A stretch of DNA of 64,000 nt from NCBI GenBank assembly GCA_020724555.1, contig DYGT01000004.1, positions 9,564-73,563 of the forward strand, read 5' to 3'. Each line of letters starts with the position of its first letter. Position 1 is the stretch's first letter. Shown one piece after another: positions 47,878-57,338 of this stretch. Both the position numbers and the translations under genes were made by a program. Source of the DNA: Candidatus Microgenomatus sp. (lineage in GTDB: Bacteria > Patescibacteriota > Microgenomatia > UBA8517). The notes beneath the pieces were generated by a model. That model saw only the letters and a program-made list of their open reading frames with translations. It had not been told where the DNA came from and did not search any database.

Positions 47878-49374
47878 TTACTTTGTAAAACCAAACATAG
47901 GATCGGTCAAATTTGCATTATTCCCACTGCAGCTTTTTTTGATTTCATCCTCCTTTTTGTGAGAATATTTTTCATAATCCGGCAGGATTAACCCTAGTGC
48001 ACCAAAAGATTTATCAATCCTGTCCACTTTGGTATGGGGAAAGACAATTGTATACACGGGGCTGCCAGAAGATGGCTGGTTGGCGTGCAGATCGTTTAAA
48101 TAAAAAATGTAGCGGTAACCAAGCTCATAACCGGGGTCTACAATGTATGAAACCGAAACACACGGGTAATTATGATCTTCGGCATCTTCGGCAATAAAAG
48201 CGACAACCTCATTTTTCTGTAAATAACCGCTTTTATTTTCCGGATAACGGGAAAAACGGTACAAATTAATAACAACAAACAAGGCAAGAATAAATACAAC
48301 AAAAGTTCTCATGTATCGCGTTAAATAAGCCAAGGCGGCACTTATTCCGAATATCCACACAACCACCATTCCGTTTAAATAATATTCGGATACATTAATC
48401 GCATTTAATGTGAAAAAAGAAACATATAATATTAACCAGATTACTAAAAGAGTCGCAAATCTGGGTTTTATATGCTTTTTAAAAACAGCGTATGTAAATA
48501 ACAAAAGAATAAGTCCATGTGCCCATATGTCCGGTATGTTAAAGACATCACCCCACAACAAATTCCGCGCATTTGTATTTGCAATTTGCATTAATCTGCC
48601 AAAACGAGAAGGTAAAGAAACATCTGCCGCAGAAGTGCCTCCCAATATAATAGCCTGTGTTTGGATAAACCCGTGCCTCAATTCAAAAACAAAATACGGA
48701 AGCATTGGTAAGATAAACGCGGCTAAAAAATAAAAAATGTTTTTAATGGCAATTTTTTGTTTAGATATGATTATTGCCAGAAAAAATAACGGAGCGACAA
48801 TCGCCAGCCCCAGGTTTAAATGCCACACTAAACCAAACAATAACCCGGCAGCGATAAATGCGCTTTTTTGTTTTCTTGCCAATACGAGATGAAGTGTATA
48901 CAGGAACCAAATACTCCAAAGATAAACAGGCATGGTGGGAACGACCTCTCGGTCCGTAAAAATTACAACATACGAAAAGCTGTATATTATGGCACCAATC
49001 AAGCCGGCTTTTCTGTCTATAATTTTTGTAAATACAAAATATATACTAAATACGGATAAAAGACTCAATATAGCGACCAACAAAAGACCGCCGTAAGGCT
49101 GTCCCGCAAAAAGTAGATAAAAAGGAATCAGTAAATAATAAAAAAACGGCCCTATAAATACGCCATGGACAGATGTCTCTTGGCCGATAAGCCTAAGGTG
49201 GCTGTTTTTAACCACATCCAAATAAAACCACGATGCCAAATCCTGATCGTGCCCATAATAATAATATGAAAGCGGCTTATAAACTCTTAAGGCAAAAGCA
49301 GCAATCATTACCACAAAAAAAACGTAATCTATTGGCTTAAGGTTGGAAAAAATATTTTGTAAGTTTTTCTTCAT
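47878..49374 (-). CDS. GT-C glycosyltransferase (family B)
   Basis: YGHDQD, LIGQETSVHGVFIGPFFYY, FELRHGF motifs. Confidence 0.82.
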   Translation of the reverse strand: MKKNLQNIFSNLKPIDYVFFVVMIAAFALRVYKPLSYYYYGHDQDLASWFYLDVVKNSHLRLIGQETSVHGVFIGPFFYYLLIPFYLLFAGQPYGGLLLVAILSLLSVFSIYFVFTKIIDRKAGLIGAIIYSFSYVVIFTDREVVPTMPVYLWSIWFLYTLHLVLARKQKSAFIAAGLLFGLVWHLNLGLAIVAPLFFLAIIISKQKIAIKNIFYFLAAFILPMLPYFVFELRHGFIQTQAIILGGTSAADVSLPSRFGRLMQIANTNARNLLWGDVFNIPDIWAHGLILLLFTYAVFKKHIKPRFATLLVIWLILYVSFFTLNAINVSEYYLNGMVVVWIFGISAALAYLTRYMRTFVVFILALFVVINLYRFSRYPENKSGYLQKNEVVAFIAEDAEDHNYPCVSVSYIVDPGYELGYRYIFYLNDLHANQPSSGSPVYTIVFPHTKVDRIDKSFGALGLILPDYEKYSHKKEDEIKKSCSGNNANLTDPMFGFTK

Positions 49375-50278
49375 CTATACCTTTATATTTATATTTATCT
49401 ATGTTTTTCAGGGCTATTTTGCCAGTAAAAAGGTTGATAAGTTTATTTTTGTTTATATTTTTAATTTTTTGTTCATGATAATAATACATTGCAGGCTTAA
49501 TAAAATCACCAGGCTTTGACGTATTAACAAAGCCAAATTTATGTCTAGCCGCCCTTTGCCAAGCCAGATCTTTTGAAAAACCAATACTTCTGAAATATTC
49601 GTAAATATCCCTTAAACTCCCTTTCGTACCAATATTTGTGGCAACATATTCAGCAGCATGCTGATAATATGAGCTTTCTCCGCCGGGACTAAAAAAATCC
49701 TGAACATAAGACGCAAGTCCCTCATCTGTAGGTAAAAAACCAGCTTTAAAACGGATTTTGTTGTATTTTCCATTTATAAAACGCACAATATGAACCATTT
49801 CATGTTTTACCAGACCTTCAATACTTATATAATCAGTAACAATATCTGCACCTATGTAAACCTTATTTTTGCTATAAGCAGGACGTACATTAAAACCGCC
49901 GGTTTTTAAAAATTGGATTTTAAAGTCTATACCAAAAAGCTTTAGGGTTTTTTGTAATTGCTTTTTTAATTTTTCAGTTTCTGTTGACATCCTTTGCGGT
50001 TTTGTTTTTTTAATGTACTTTTCGGCTTCCTTAAGAACCTCGCTGTTTATGTCGGTTTCAAAATATTTTTTTGCCTTACTTTCAATTAATTCATTATCTT
50101 GTGCCTTCATGGCTTTAAAAAGTGCAGACTTTCTGCCCAAATGATCATGCGGAGCATGTTTATTTTGCCAAACATACATAAACACGGGGTTGTATGTTTT
50201 TGAAGCATAAAATTTCTCTTTTTCTGTGTGTAAATTTAATGGAGTAGTTAACCAAATAAGGCTTTTTTTGTTATTCAT
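49337..50278 (-). CDS. DUF1704/MATCAP-like zinc metallo(carboxy)peptidase
   Basis: YNP.F.Y, HEMVH, PTDEGLAS, R.K.G, F.K...Y, L..GKI motifs; soluble. Start placed at ATG 50278. Confidence 0.75.
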   Translation of the reverse strand: MNNKKSLIWLTTPLNLHTEKEKFYASKTYNPVFMYVWQNKHAPHDHLGRKSALFKAMKAQDNELIESKAKKYFETDINSEVLKEAEKYIKKTKPQRMSTETEKLKKQLQKTLKLFGIDFKIQFLKTGGFNVRPAYSKNKVYIGADIVTDYISIEGLVKHEMVHIVRFINGKYNKIRFKAGFLPTDEGLASYVQDFFSPGGESSYYQHAAEYVATNIGTKGSLRDIYEYFRSIGFSKDLAWQRAARHKFGFVNTSKPGDFIKPAMYYYHEQKIKNINKNKLINLFTGKIALKNIDKYKYKGIDEEKLTKYFFQP

Positions 50279-51779
50279 CTGCACTTAAACGTATACGTTT
50301 TTCTACTGTTATTCCTCCAAAACGCACTCTTTTTACAACTTTTCCTATTCCATCCTGCCTTTTAAGCCAATTTTCAAGTCTTTCCGGATGTGGAGGATCA
50401 ACCTCATACAAAGTGTATAAAATATTTTCTTGAGTCTCTTTTGAGGGTTTTTCTCCCCTCAAGTTCCCGCGCCAGAGAAACAAATAATCATAGGCATGCG
50501 GAATAACCGGCGGCACGTACACATCCACATTAAAAGGTTTTCCTTTTGCATCTTCATAAACCCAGTCAACCGCCTGAACTTCATTTTTTAGGGCAATCGA
50601 ATGCTCTCCCGTGACCCCGTCTGATATCTTCGCCCAAATTACCGGAATATTATTGTTCAAAACAGCAAATAAAAACAGTAAAACAAATATTTTGCCTGCT
50701 AAATTTTTCCAGGCTCTACCCAAAATAAACGCTACTAAAAGCAAAAAAATCAGATAATATCCGGTGAGATAATAATCATAGATATTTCCATAGTTCCCCT
50801 GAAAAAATAAAAGCCCAAGCATGGGTGAGATGAGAAGAATAACCAAAATTTTAAAGCCGTCATTTTTCCACAGGTCTTTTATATATAAAACGAATAAAAA
50901 CAAAAGGCCAATAAGCAGGCTTACTTCAAAATCGCGCCGCCAATGGAAAAGTTTGTTTGTAAAAACATCATAATAAAAATTTAGTCTTATTCTCAAAACA
51001 TCCCAAAAATTTGCTTTAAAGGTTCCTTTTTCAAATATAAAATTCTTTATATTGCCGATCAGGATGCCGTCATGGCGGATATCAAACAAAATTAACGGTA
51101 GAATTGTCAAAAAAAAGAGAAGTATAGAAACTACCCACGTTTTGCCGTTTGGCAAATTCTTTCTTTGCCAAAATGCGATTAAAAATACCGCGGGAAAATA
51201 AAAAAGTTCTCCACTGGAGCCAAAATGAAAAAGACTCATACCCAAAATTAAAGAAATAGCCGCCCAGAGCCACCGATAACCCTTTGTCACAAAATAAAGG
51301 CAAATCACAAGCAGCATACTTAAAAAAAGCATGGGCGTAGGGTTACTCAACCAACGTGCGGCCATATTAATATAAAAAGAAAAGCTTGCCAGAAAAACCG
51401 CAATTAGGCCGGTTACTCTCGATTGTGCGGAAGCAGCATAAATATACATCACGACAAACGCCAATATAGTCAATATCGACAAAAATATCGCAGGCCACAC
51501 TGGGTTTCCATTGCCTAAAAAGTAAAAAGGAGTAATTAAAAAATAATAAAAAGGTCCTCTGAAGATACCGGCTATTCCAGTTGTTGGCCCCACTAAAAAC
51601 AGCTTACCTTCGTGTAAAAAACGCCAGATAACCATAGCATCCCTGCCTTGGTCAAAATAAAAACCCAGCACCTTGTCAACACGGTAAACCTGCAAAAACA
51701 AACCAATGGCCAAAATGGTGAGCAAAAGAAAATAAATATAAATATTATCTTTAATTTCTTTTTTGATTTTTACATACAT
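50271..51779 (-). CDS. GT-C glycosyltransferase (family B)
   Basis: FYFDQGRD, LVGPTTGIAGIFRGPFYY, WLSNP, FDIRH. Start placed at ATG 51779 (the ORF extends to 51830). Confidence 0.82.
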   Translation of the reverse strand: MYVKIKKEIKDNIYIYFLLLTILAIGLFLQVYRVDKVLGFYFDQGRDAMVIWRFLHEGKLFLVGPTTGIAGIFRGPFYYFLITPFYFLGNGNPVWPAIFLSILTILAFVVMYIYAASAQSRVTGLIAVFLASFSFYINMAARWLSNPTPMLFLSMLLVICLYFVTKGYRWLWAAISLILGMSLFHFGSSGELFYFPAVFLIAFWQRKNLPNGKTWVVSILLFFLTILPLILFDIRHDGILIGNIKNFIFEKGTFKANFWDVLRIRLNFYYDVFTNKLFHWRRDFEVSLLIGLLFLFVLYIKDLWKNDGFKILVILLISPMLGLLFFQGNYGNIYDYYLTGYYLIFLLLVAFILGRAWKNLAGKIFVLLFLFAVLNNNIPVIWAKISDGVTGEHSIALKNEVQAVDWVYEDAKGKPFNVDVYVPPVIPHAYDYLFLWRGNLRGEKPSKETQENILYTLYEVDPPHPERLENWLKRQDGIGKVVKRVRFGGITVEKRIRLSADE

Positions 51780-52749
51780 CGCACGCAACATTATGAATTT
51801 TCTTAATAGCCCGGTCAAATGGCAGGCCAATCACTTTCCCGGCTGCAGCCCAGCGGTGGCCTCCGCCATCCAACTTTTCAGCTATTTCAGACACATCAAA
51901 ACCGCTTCTGGAACGAAGGCTTACAGATACATAGCCATCATTTTCCTCCACTATCACCATACCAAATTCAGTACCTTTTATGCTTTGAAAAATGATGTCT
52001 GCAATCTCAGATTTACTCCCAACAGGCGAGCCGTATTTCCCAAAAACGTCCCGTCCAATTGCAGACCAGACATAGTTATATTCAGAATTTATCTCTAAAT
52101 TTTCAAGGATCTCACCCCATAGCTTTACTGATTCAAGCTCATAAGACTGGTATAAATTTTTTATAATTTCGTCTTTGTCAGCAAACTCCATTAAATCAAG
52201 CGCCGCCTTAAAAGTTTCCGCATCCGCCTCGGGAAAACGAAAAGCGCCCGTATCCCCAATAATTCCGGTTAAAAGGGGAGTTGCAACCTCACTGCCCTTT
52301 ATATCAATATCCCAGTCTTTAAATAAATTGATAAGGAGCTGGCATGTGGCTGCGATACCGGGATCTAGCAAATTTAAATCTCCAAACTGTGTATTGGTTT
52401 TGTGGTGATCGATTACCACCATTTTAATCATTGGTCGTTTAACATCGGAATCTGCAGCCACCCTTTGCCAGCTTGATGAATCCAAACAAATCAGCAAATC
52501 CCACTCAAAAAAATTGAAATCGCGAAAAATAATTTTGTCAATCGCACCAAACTTTTCTAAAAATTTTAGGTTTCTGGGTATTTCATCCGGACAAATCACT
52601 TTAACTTCTTTTCCCCAGCCCAATAGAACCTGCCGCAATGCTTGAGCACTGCCGACACTGTCTGCATCCGGCCGGCTATGGCAATTCAATAGAATCCTGT
52701 CCGCCTCTTTAATTAATTTAAGTATTTCTGACGATTCTGGATAATTCAT
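51751..52749 (-). CDS. nrnA: DHH/DHHA1 bifunctional oligoribonuclease / PAP phosphatase
   Basis: H..PD.D.VGS, IDHH, GI.GDTG.F, SLRS, GGGH..AAG motifs. Confidence 0.88.
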   Translation of the reverse strand: MNYPESSEILKLIKEADRILLNCHSRPDADSVGSAQALRQVLLGWGKEVKVICPDEIPRNLKFLEKFGAIDKIIFRDFNFFEWDLLICLDSSSWQRVAADSDVKRPMIKMVVIDHHKTNTQFGDLNLLDPGIAATCQLLINLFKDWDIDIKGSEVATPLLTGIIGDTGAFRFPEADAETFKAALDLMEFADKDEIIKNLYQSYELESVKLWGEILENLEINSEYNYVWSAIGRDVFGKYGSPVGSKSEIADIIFQSIKGTEFGMVIVEENDGYVSVSLRSRSGFDVSEIAEKLDGGGHRWAAAGKVIGLPFDRAIKKIHNVACDVCKNQKRN

Positions 52750-54314
52750 TGTGTTTGTGGATTTGAGTGAATAAGTTTAAATATGGTTATCCCATCGACT
52801 TGCCAGGTTTTTTCAATCTGAGACCAGCCAAAATTAGCAACTTCGGCTTTGGGGTTATGCGTTGGGTCGCACTCACTTTCCGGTTTTTCGCAAACAACAA
52901 AAAGCTGATCAGCAATTGTTTCCTCTGCACGCAAAGGATCAATATCTACGACCCCCGTATTCCATTTTTCCAAAAAATACTGGTAAGCATCCTCATAGTT
53001 GCGTTCGGCAATTACCGCTAGATTAAATGGTTGATCACCCGCTTCTTTTCGGATAGATTCAGATACTCTGGCAGTACGCCTTAACTGATAATTCGGAGGA
53101 TCTTTTAGTGGTATATTGGTTAAATCCGCCCAGGCTATAAATATTATTGCCAGCCCGGAAATCCAAATTCCGCGGATTTTATGGTTATCTATCAGTTGAT
53201 TAAGCATGCCCCCCAAAAGCAAAAATGGTGCCGGGTATAAAAAACCAAAATAATGATCATAAATATGCTGTTTGTATAACCCCAAACCCATTAAGCCAAA
53301 GCCAATCCAAATAAGAATCAGTAAATACGCAGATTTCTCTTTGGGGTGAATATTTATTTTTTTGTCCTTGCCCCAAAGCCACAACAGGACTCCTGCAAGC
53401 CCAACTGCCACCCATTTGCCAAACGTTTCTTCTCTACCAGTAACAACCCGCGCTACAAACTGCTGCCACAAAGGCCACATCTGGGGTATAGCATTCCAGG
53501 GACGCGCAGACACAGTGGTTTGGCGCACTGTAAAAAATGTCTTCATGGCGTTAAAATTTATAAAATTGTGTCGCAAGTCAAAAATTAAAAGCGGGGACAT
53601 GAGAAACGCAAAAACAAAAAAAGAGAATATTGAATATCGAAGATAGAGAGAAGTATTTTTAAGATATCTGGCTTCTATTAGAGCTAAAAACCAAATTGCA
53701 CCTAAAGCTGGCGCCAAAAGGAGACCTAAATAGTGAGACTGTAAAACAAATGCAAATGCTATGGCAGCAAAAACAAGCCAATAATATTTACGCCTCTTCC
53801 ACACTTGCCAGATAGCCCAGAAGCACAAAAGTGAAAAAAACGGCATAATATTAGGGTTCCAGGATGCGCGCGAATAAATAATCACGGTGGGAGAAATACT
53901 ATACAAAAAAGCGGCAATTAGACCGGCTTTTACTCCAAACCAGCTCCTACCTGCCCACCAGATAAAACCGACGGTTACCACTCCCAATAAAGCGACAAAT
54001 ACGGATGGACCCACTGGCGAAAAATTTGCGAAAAGAAGAGCAGGGGCAATTAGATAATAATATAATGGCCCAAGATACATGTTGCCGATTGACGTCCCCG
54101 GCCCGATCAAAATTGGGTCAAAATCTACCAAAAGCCGTCTGACAATTATCGCATCCCTGCCCTCATCGCCCAAAAACGTCATATATCCGGCAATTTTATA
54201 AAGACGCAAAAACGAAGCCAGTATTAAAATAATGCCAATTAAAATAGCTTCAATTTTGTGAGATTTAATCCAGCTTTTTATTTTTGTCTTCGCCATGATT
54301 TTTGTCTTCGCCAC
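52746..54314 (-). CDS. GT-C glycosyltransferase (family B)
   Basis: FLGDEGRD, LIGPGTSIGNMYLGPLYYY, YSRASWNPN, FDLRH. Start is GTG 54314 or ATG 54296. Confidence 0.85.
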   Translation of the reverse strand: MAKTKIMAKTKIKSWIKSHKIEAILIGIILILASFLRLYKIAGYMTFLGDEGRDAIIVRRLLVDFDPILIGPGTSIGNMYLGPLYYYLIAPALLFANFSPVGPSVFVALLGVVTVGFIWWAGRSWFGVKAGLIAAFLYSISPTVIIYSRASWNPNIMPFFSLLCFWAIWQVWKRRKYYWLVFAAIAFAFVLQSHYLGLLLAPALGAIWFLALIEARYLKNTSLYLRYSIFSFFVFAFLMSPLLIFDLRHNFINFNAMKTFFTVRQTTVSARPWNAIPQMWPLWQQFVARVVTGREETFGKWVAVGLAGVLLWLWGKDKKINIHPKEKSAYLLILIWIGFGLMGLGLYKQHIYDHYFGFLYPAPFLLLGGMLNQLIDNHKIRGIWISGLAIIFIAWADLTNIPLKDPPNYQLRRTARVSESIRKEAGDQPFNLAVIAERNYEDAYQYFLEKWNTGVVDIDPLRAEETIADQLFVVCEKPESECDPTHNPKAEVANFGWSQIEKTWQVDGITIFKLIHSNPQTQ

Positions 54315-55003
54315 AAAGTGAATAAATCTTTAAAACTTTGAATAATAACATTAAAATTACGCCCTGTGGGTTTTCCCCCGGCGCGTGGATAATGCGTAAC
54401 CGGCACTTCAACTATTTTAGCACCGTTTTGTTTAGCTTTAATCAATAATTCGCTGCTTATAAATGCTCCGCGTTCACTTTCGAGCTTGGGAATTTTATCC
54501 ACAACTTCTTTTCTTATTAGCTTAAAACCGCAATCAATATCGCGCACATGCAGTCCAAAAAGTAAAAATACCAAAAGCTCCCAAAGCTTGGATGTAATGA
54601 TTACACTTTTTTTAACCTGTCTTTTTTTGTAGTATCCCACTATTAAATCGGCGTTGGTTTTTTGTTGCTTGTCTATAAATTTTGTGATTTCCGAAAAGTC
54701 AAACTGGCCGTCTGAATCCGTAAAAGTAATCCACGGGTATTGGGCCGCGTATATTCCGCTCTTAAAAGCCGCTCCATAGCCTCGGTTGGGATTGTGGTGA
54801 ATAACGCGAATGTTTTTATTTTCGCGGGCAAGCTCATCTGCGATTTTTCCCGTACTGTCGGTAGACCCGTCATCCACAATTATTATTTCCCATAAATCGA
54901 ATTTGTCCTTTAAAACCTTTAGAGCTTTTCTAACCGTATTTTCAATATTTTCCTCTTCGTTATAGGCAGGAAAAAAGACGCTTATTTCTTTAAAAGAATC
55001 CAT
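54278..55003 (-). CDS. GT2 polyprenol-phosphate glycosyltransferase (DPM synthase-like)
   Basis: PAYNEEENI, VDDGSTD, NRGYGAA, FTDSDGQ, DIDCGFK motifs. Confidence 0.88.
   Translation of the reverse strand: MDSFKEISVFFPAYNEEENIENTVRKALKVLKDKFDLWEIIIVDDGSTDSTGKIADELARENKNIRVIHHNPNRGYGAAFKSGIYAAQYPWITFTDSDGQFDFSEITKFIDKQQKTNADLIVGYYKKRQVKKSVIITSKLWELLVFLLFGLHVRDIDCGFKLIRKEVVDKIPKLESERGAFISSELLIKAKQNGAKIVEVPVTHYPRAGGKPTGRNFNVIIQSFKDLFTLWRRQKSWRRQK
54279..54314 (-). repeat. 18-bp tandem duplication at a gene overlap
   Basis: GTGGCGAAGACAAAAATC / ATGGCGAAGACAAAAATA, 16 of 18 identical. Confidence 0.85.
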
Positions 55004-55009
55004 ATTTGC

Positions 55010-55018
55010 AGTCTAGCA
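55010..55018 (-). promoter_or_regulatory. Extended -10 TGcTAGACT, 6 nt before ATG 55003
   Basis: Divergent gap; read directly from sequence. Confidence 0.55.
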
Positions 55019-55052
55019 TATGAGCGAAAAATATTATAATATTGGGCTACTT

Positions 55053-56207
55053 ATGAAAAAAATGGGCAAATACTTCCCTTTGATTTTTTTCACCTTAATA
55101 CCCACTTTACTTATCTGGTTGCCGTTTTTTTTTCGCTTAGATAGTTTTTGGAATATCCCTCTCCCTCGTGATGGTATGCTAACTATAGTTTCTAATTACG
55201 ACGGTCCACTCTATATCGCGGTCGCAAAAACACTATACAACAAAGAAGCACTAGCACAATTTTCTTTTGATCTACCTTTGGAATATTACGCTGCTCACTT
55301 TCCCTTGTTTCCCCTTTTAATTAGACTTCTCGGGAACGTATTAGTATACCCATACGCCATGCTTTTAGTCACTGTTTTCGGCTCTTTTTTGTCAATAGTT
55401 TATTTTTACAAATTAATAAAAAATTATGTAAGACCTCAAAAAGATGCCTTTTGGGCAACATTTGTTTTTTCCATTTTCCCGGCGCGTTGGCTAATTGTAC
55501 GCTCCGTAGGCAGCCCGGAGCCTTTGTTTGTAGGAGCCATAATAGCCTCAATATACTACTTTAAAAATAAAAAATATTTCTGGGCAGGAGTTTGGGGAGC
55601 ACTGGCGCAGTTAACTAAATCTCCCGGGATACTTCTTTTTATAGCCTATATCGGAGCTATTATCTTGCCCGAAATCCGAAAACTTGCTGCAACTCGCTTA
55701 GAGCACTGGATTAAAACCATCGAATTTAAATCCTTTTGGGTATTTTTAATACCGGCCTCCTTACTGGGTGTTTTTGTTTTTTATTCACAAACCATGAACG
55801 ACTTTTTTGCTTATTTCCACTCGGGCGATAACATCCATTTGGTTTTTCCCCCTTTTCAAGTTTTTAATTACCAAGCAAGCTGGGTAAACACACATTGGCT
55901 TGAGGAGATAATCATATTTTACCTTCTGGCGGCTTGGGGAGTACTTAAGCTTATTGAAAAAAAAGAAGAAACGCTTGCTTGGTTTACCGGAATCTTTTTG
56001 CTTTCCATTTTTTTTGTTTCTCACCGCGATATAATCCGCTATGCGCTTCCAATTATTCCCTTTTTATACGTAGGCTATAGCGAAATAATTACCAGCCAAA
56101 AATTTAAAATTGCCTTTATATTAATTATCCTACCCATATATTTATTTTCTTTGGCGTTTATATCTAAAAATGTGATGCCAATTTCTGATTGGACCATGCT
56201 CCTTTAA
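55053..56207 (+). CDS. PIG-V/Mannosyl_trans2-like GT-C mannosyltransferase
   Basis: SNYDGPLY, HFPLFP, PEPLF, TK.PG, RY motifs. Start 55053 or 55062 (the ORF is open from 55020). Confidence 0.78.
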   Translation: MKKMGKYFPLIFFTLIPTLLIWLPFFFRLDSFWNIPLPRDGMLTIVSNYDGPLYIAVAKTLYNKEALAQFSFDLPLEYYAAHFPLFPLLIRLLGNVLVYPYAMLLVTVFGSFLSIVYFYKLIKNYVRPQKDAFWATFVFSIFPARWLIVRSVGSPEPLFVGAIIASIYYFKNKKYFWAGVWGALAQLTKSPGILLFIAYIGAIILPEIRKLAATRLEHWIKTIEFKSFWVFLIPASLLGVFVFYSQTMNDFFAYFHSGDNIHLVFPPFQVFNYQASWVNTHWLEEIIIFYLLAAWGVLKLIEKKEETLAWFTGIFLLSIFFVSHRDIIRYALPIIPFLYVGYSEIITSQKFKIAFILIILPIYLFSLAFISKNVMPISDWTMLL

Positions 56208-56253
56208 AAAAACTTGAGAGCCTTTGAAAGCGAAAACTTCTTAAAATAGATAC

Positions 56254-56481
56254 ATGGCAGAAAGAAGACCCGGTCTCAATTCCAGTGAAAGAAGATTACA
56301 CAGAGCAAGAACGGTATTTCTTGCAGCAACGAACCCAGACGGGACATTATTGGTACCTTGGGGCTCAGCTCAACCAAGAAACGGCTTCTCAAAAGAAACG
56401 CCAAAAACTATTAATATTGAACACGAGCGGCCGCCGGAGGTAAAAACCATTACTGTATACGAAGCCCAAGCCGCTGATTGA
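56254..56481 (+). CDS. Hypothetical 75-aa protein
   Basis: ATG start 6 nt after TAAAAT, like the other promoter-proximal starts; fills the gap between two genes. Confidence 0.5.
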   Translation: MAERRPGLNSSERRLHRARTVFLAATNPDGTLLVPWGSAQPRNGFSKETPKTINIEHERPPEVKTITVYEAQAAD

Positions 56482-57307
56482 CTAAAGCCACCTGTGTTTG
56501 AGCAACTTTGCCACCCATAAGCTTTTGGCGGTACACATTTACGATTTCATAAACACCGCTTCTTAGCTTCCCGGCGTTGGCTAATTGGGCAATTTCAGCA
56601 AAACTCAAAAACCTATACTCCTTCATGCGGAAACTCGAAAAGCCTTGTGTTCCAGCAATTTCAACCGGTATTTCCAGATGGTAAATAAAAAGCGAAATAT
56701 CCAGTATTTTTATTTTAAAAATCAAATCAAGGTCTTTGTCCGAAATTTTTACGGGGACTACGCCATTGACTGCATTTTTGGAAAAAACCTCTTGCTGAAG
56801 TACACGCATCGCGGAAATCGTTTTATTTTCTCCCTTTTTGGAAAAAGTCATGGGGATGCTGATGGCGCCTCTTTTTTTACCATAAACAAAATTCGGCATG
56901 GAAATGTCTCTGGCTGTTAAAATTTTTTGGGCTTCATTTTTAACGGTTATAACCAGACCGGTAGCGGCACGCCTGGTAATGTCTTGCTTTATGTGGTTAT
57001 AAATCCTGTGCAAGGTAATTTTGGAGGTTTGAAAACTCGGGGGAAGTTTTTTATAAAGCTCTTCTAATGGCAGTTTTTCTTCTGCCAAATACTCCATAAA
57101 CGCCAATGCTTCGCTCATTTTTCCATGAGGACCCGCGGCTTTTACGATATTGTTTTTGTCCAGAAGCCTATGATACGAAGCCGGTGAAATAGGCAAAGCG
57201 TAATAATGTTTTTTTAAAACTGCGTCAACAGAACCATATTTTAAATACTGGGAAATTAAAAATTTATTAAAATCTTCCTCTTTTTTGCGGGGATCTATAT
57301 TCATCAT
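56450..57307 (-). CDS. Hypothetical protein: two HTH-like repeats plus degenerate Nudix-like domain
   Basis: ISPASYHRLL and TSKITLHRIY repeats; IPMTFSKKGE.....AMRVLQQEV resembles a Nudix box. Confidence 0.6.
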   Translation of the reverse strand: MMNIDPRKKEEDFNKFLISQYLKYGSVDAVLKKHYYALPISPASYHRLLDKNNIVKAAGPHGKMSEALAFMEYLAEEKLPLEELYKKLPPSFQTSKITLHRIYNHIKQDITRRAATGLVITVKNEAQKILTARDISMPNFVYGKKRGAISIPMTFSKKGENKTISAMRVLQQEVFSKNAVNGVVPVKISDKDLDLIFKIKILDISLFIYHLEIPVEIAGTQGFSSFRMKEYRFLSFAEIAQLANAGKLRSGVYEIVNVYRQKLMGGKVAQTQVALVNQRLGLRIQ

Positions 57308-57338
57308 GAACAAATATTATATCGTTTTTACAGAAAGT

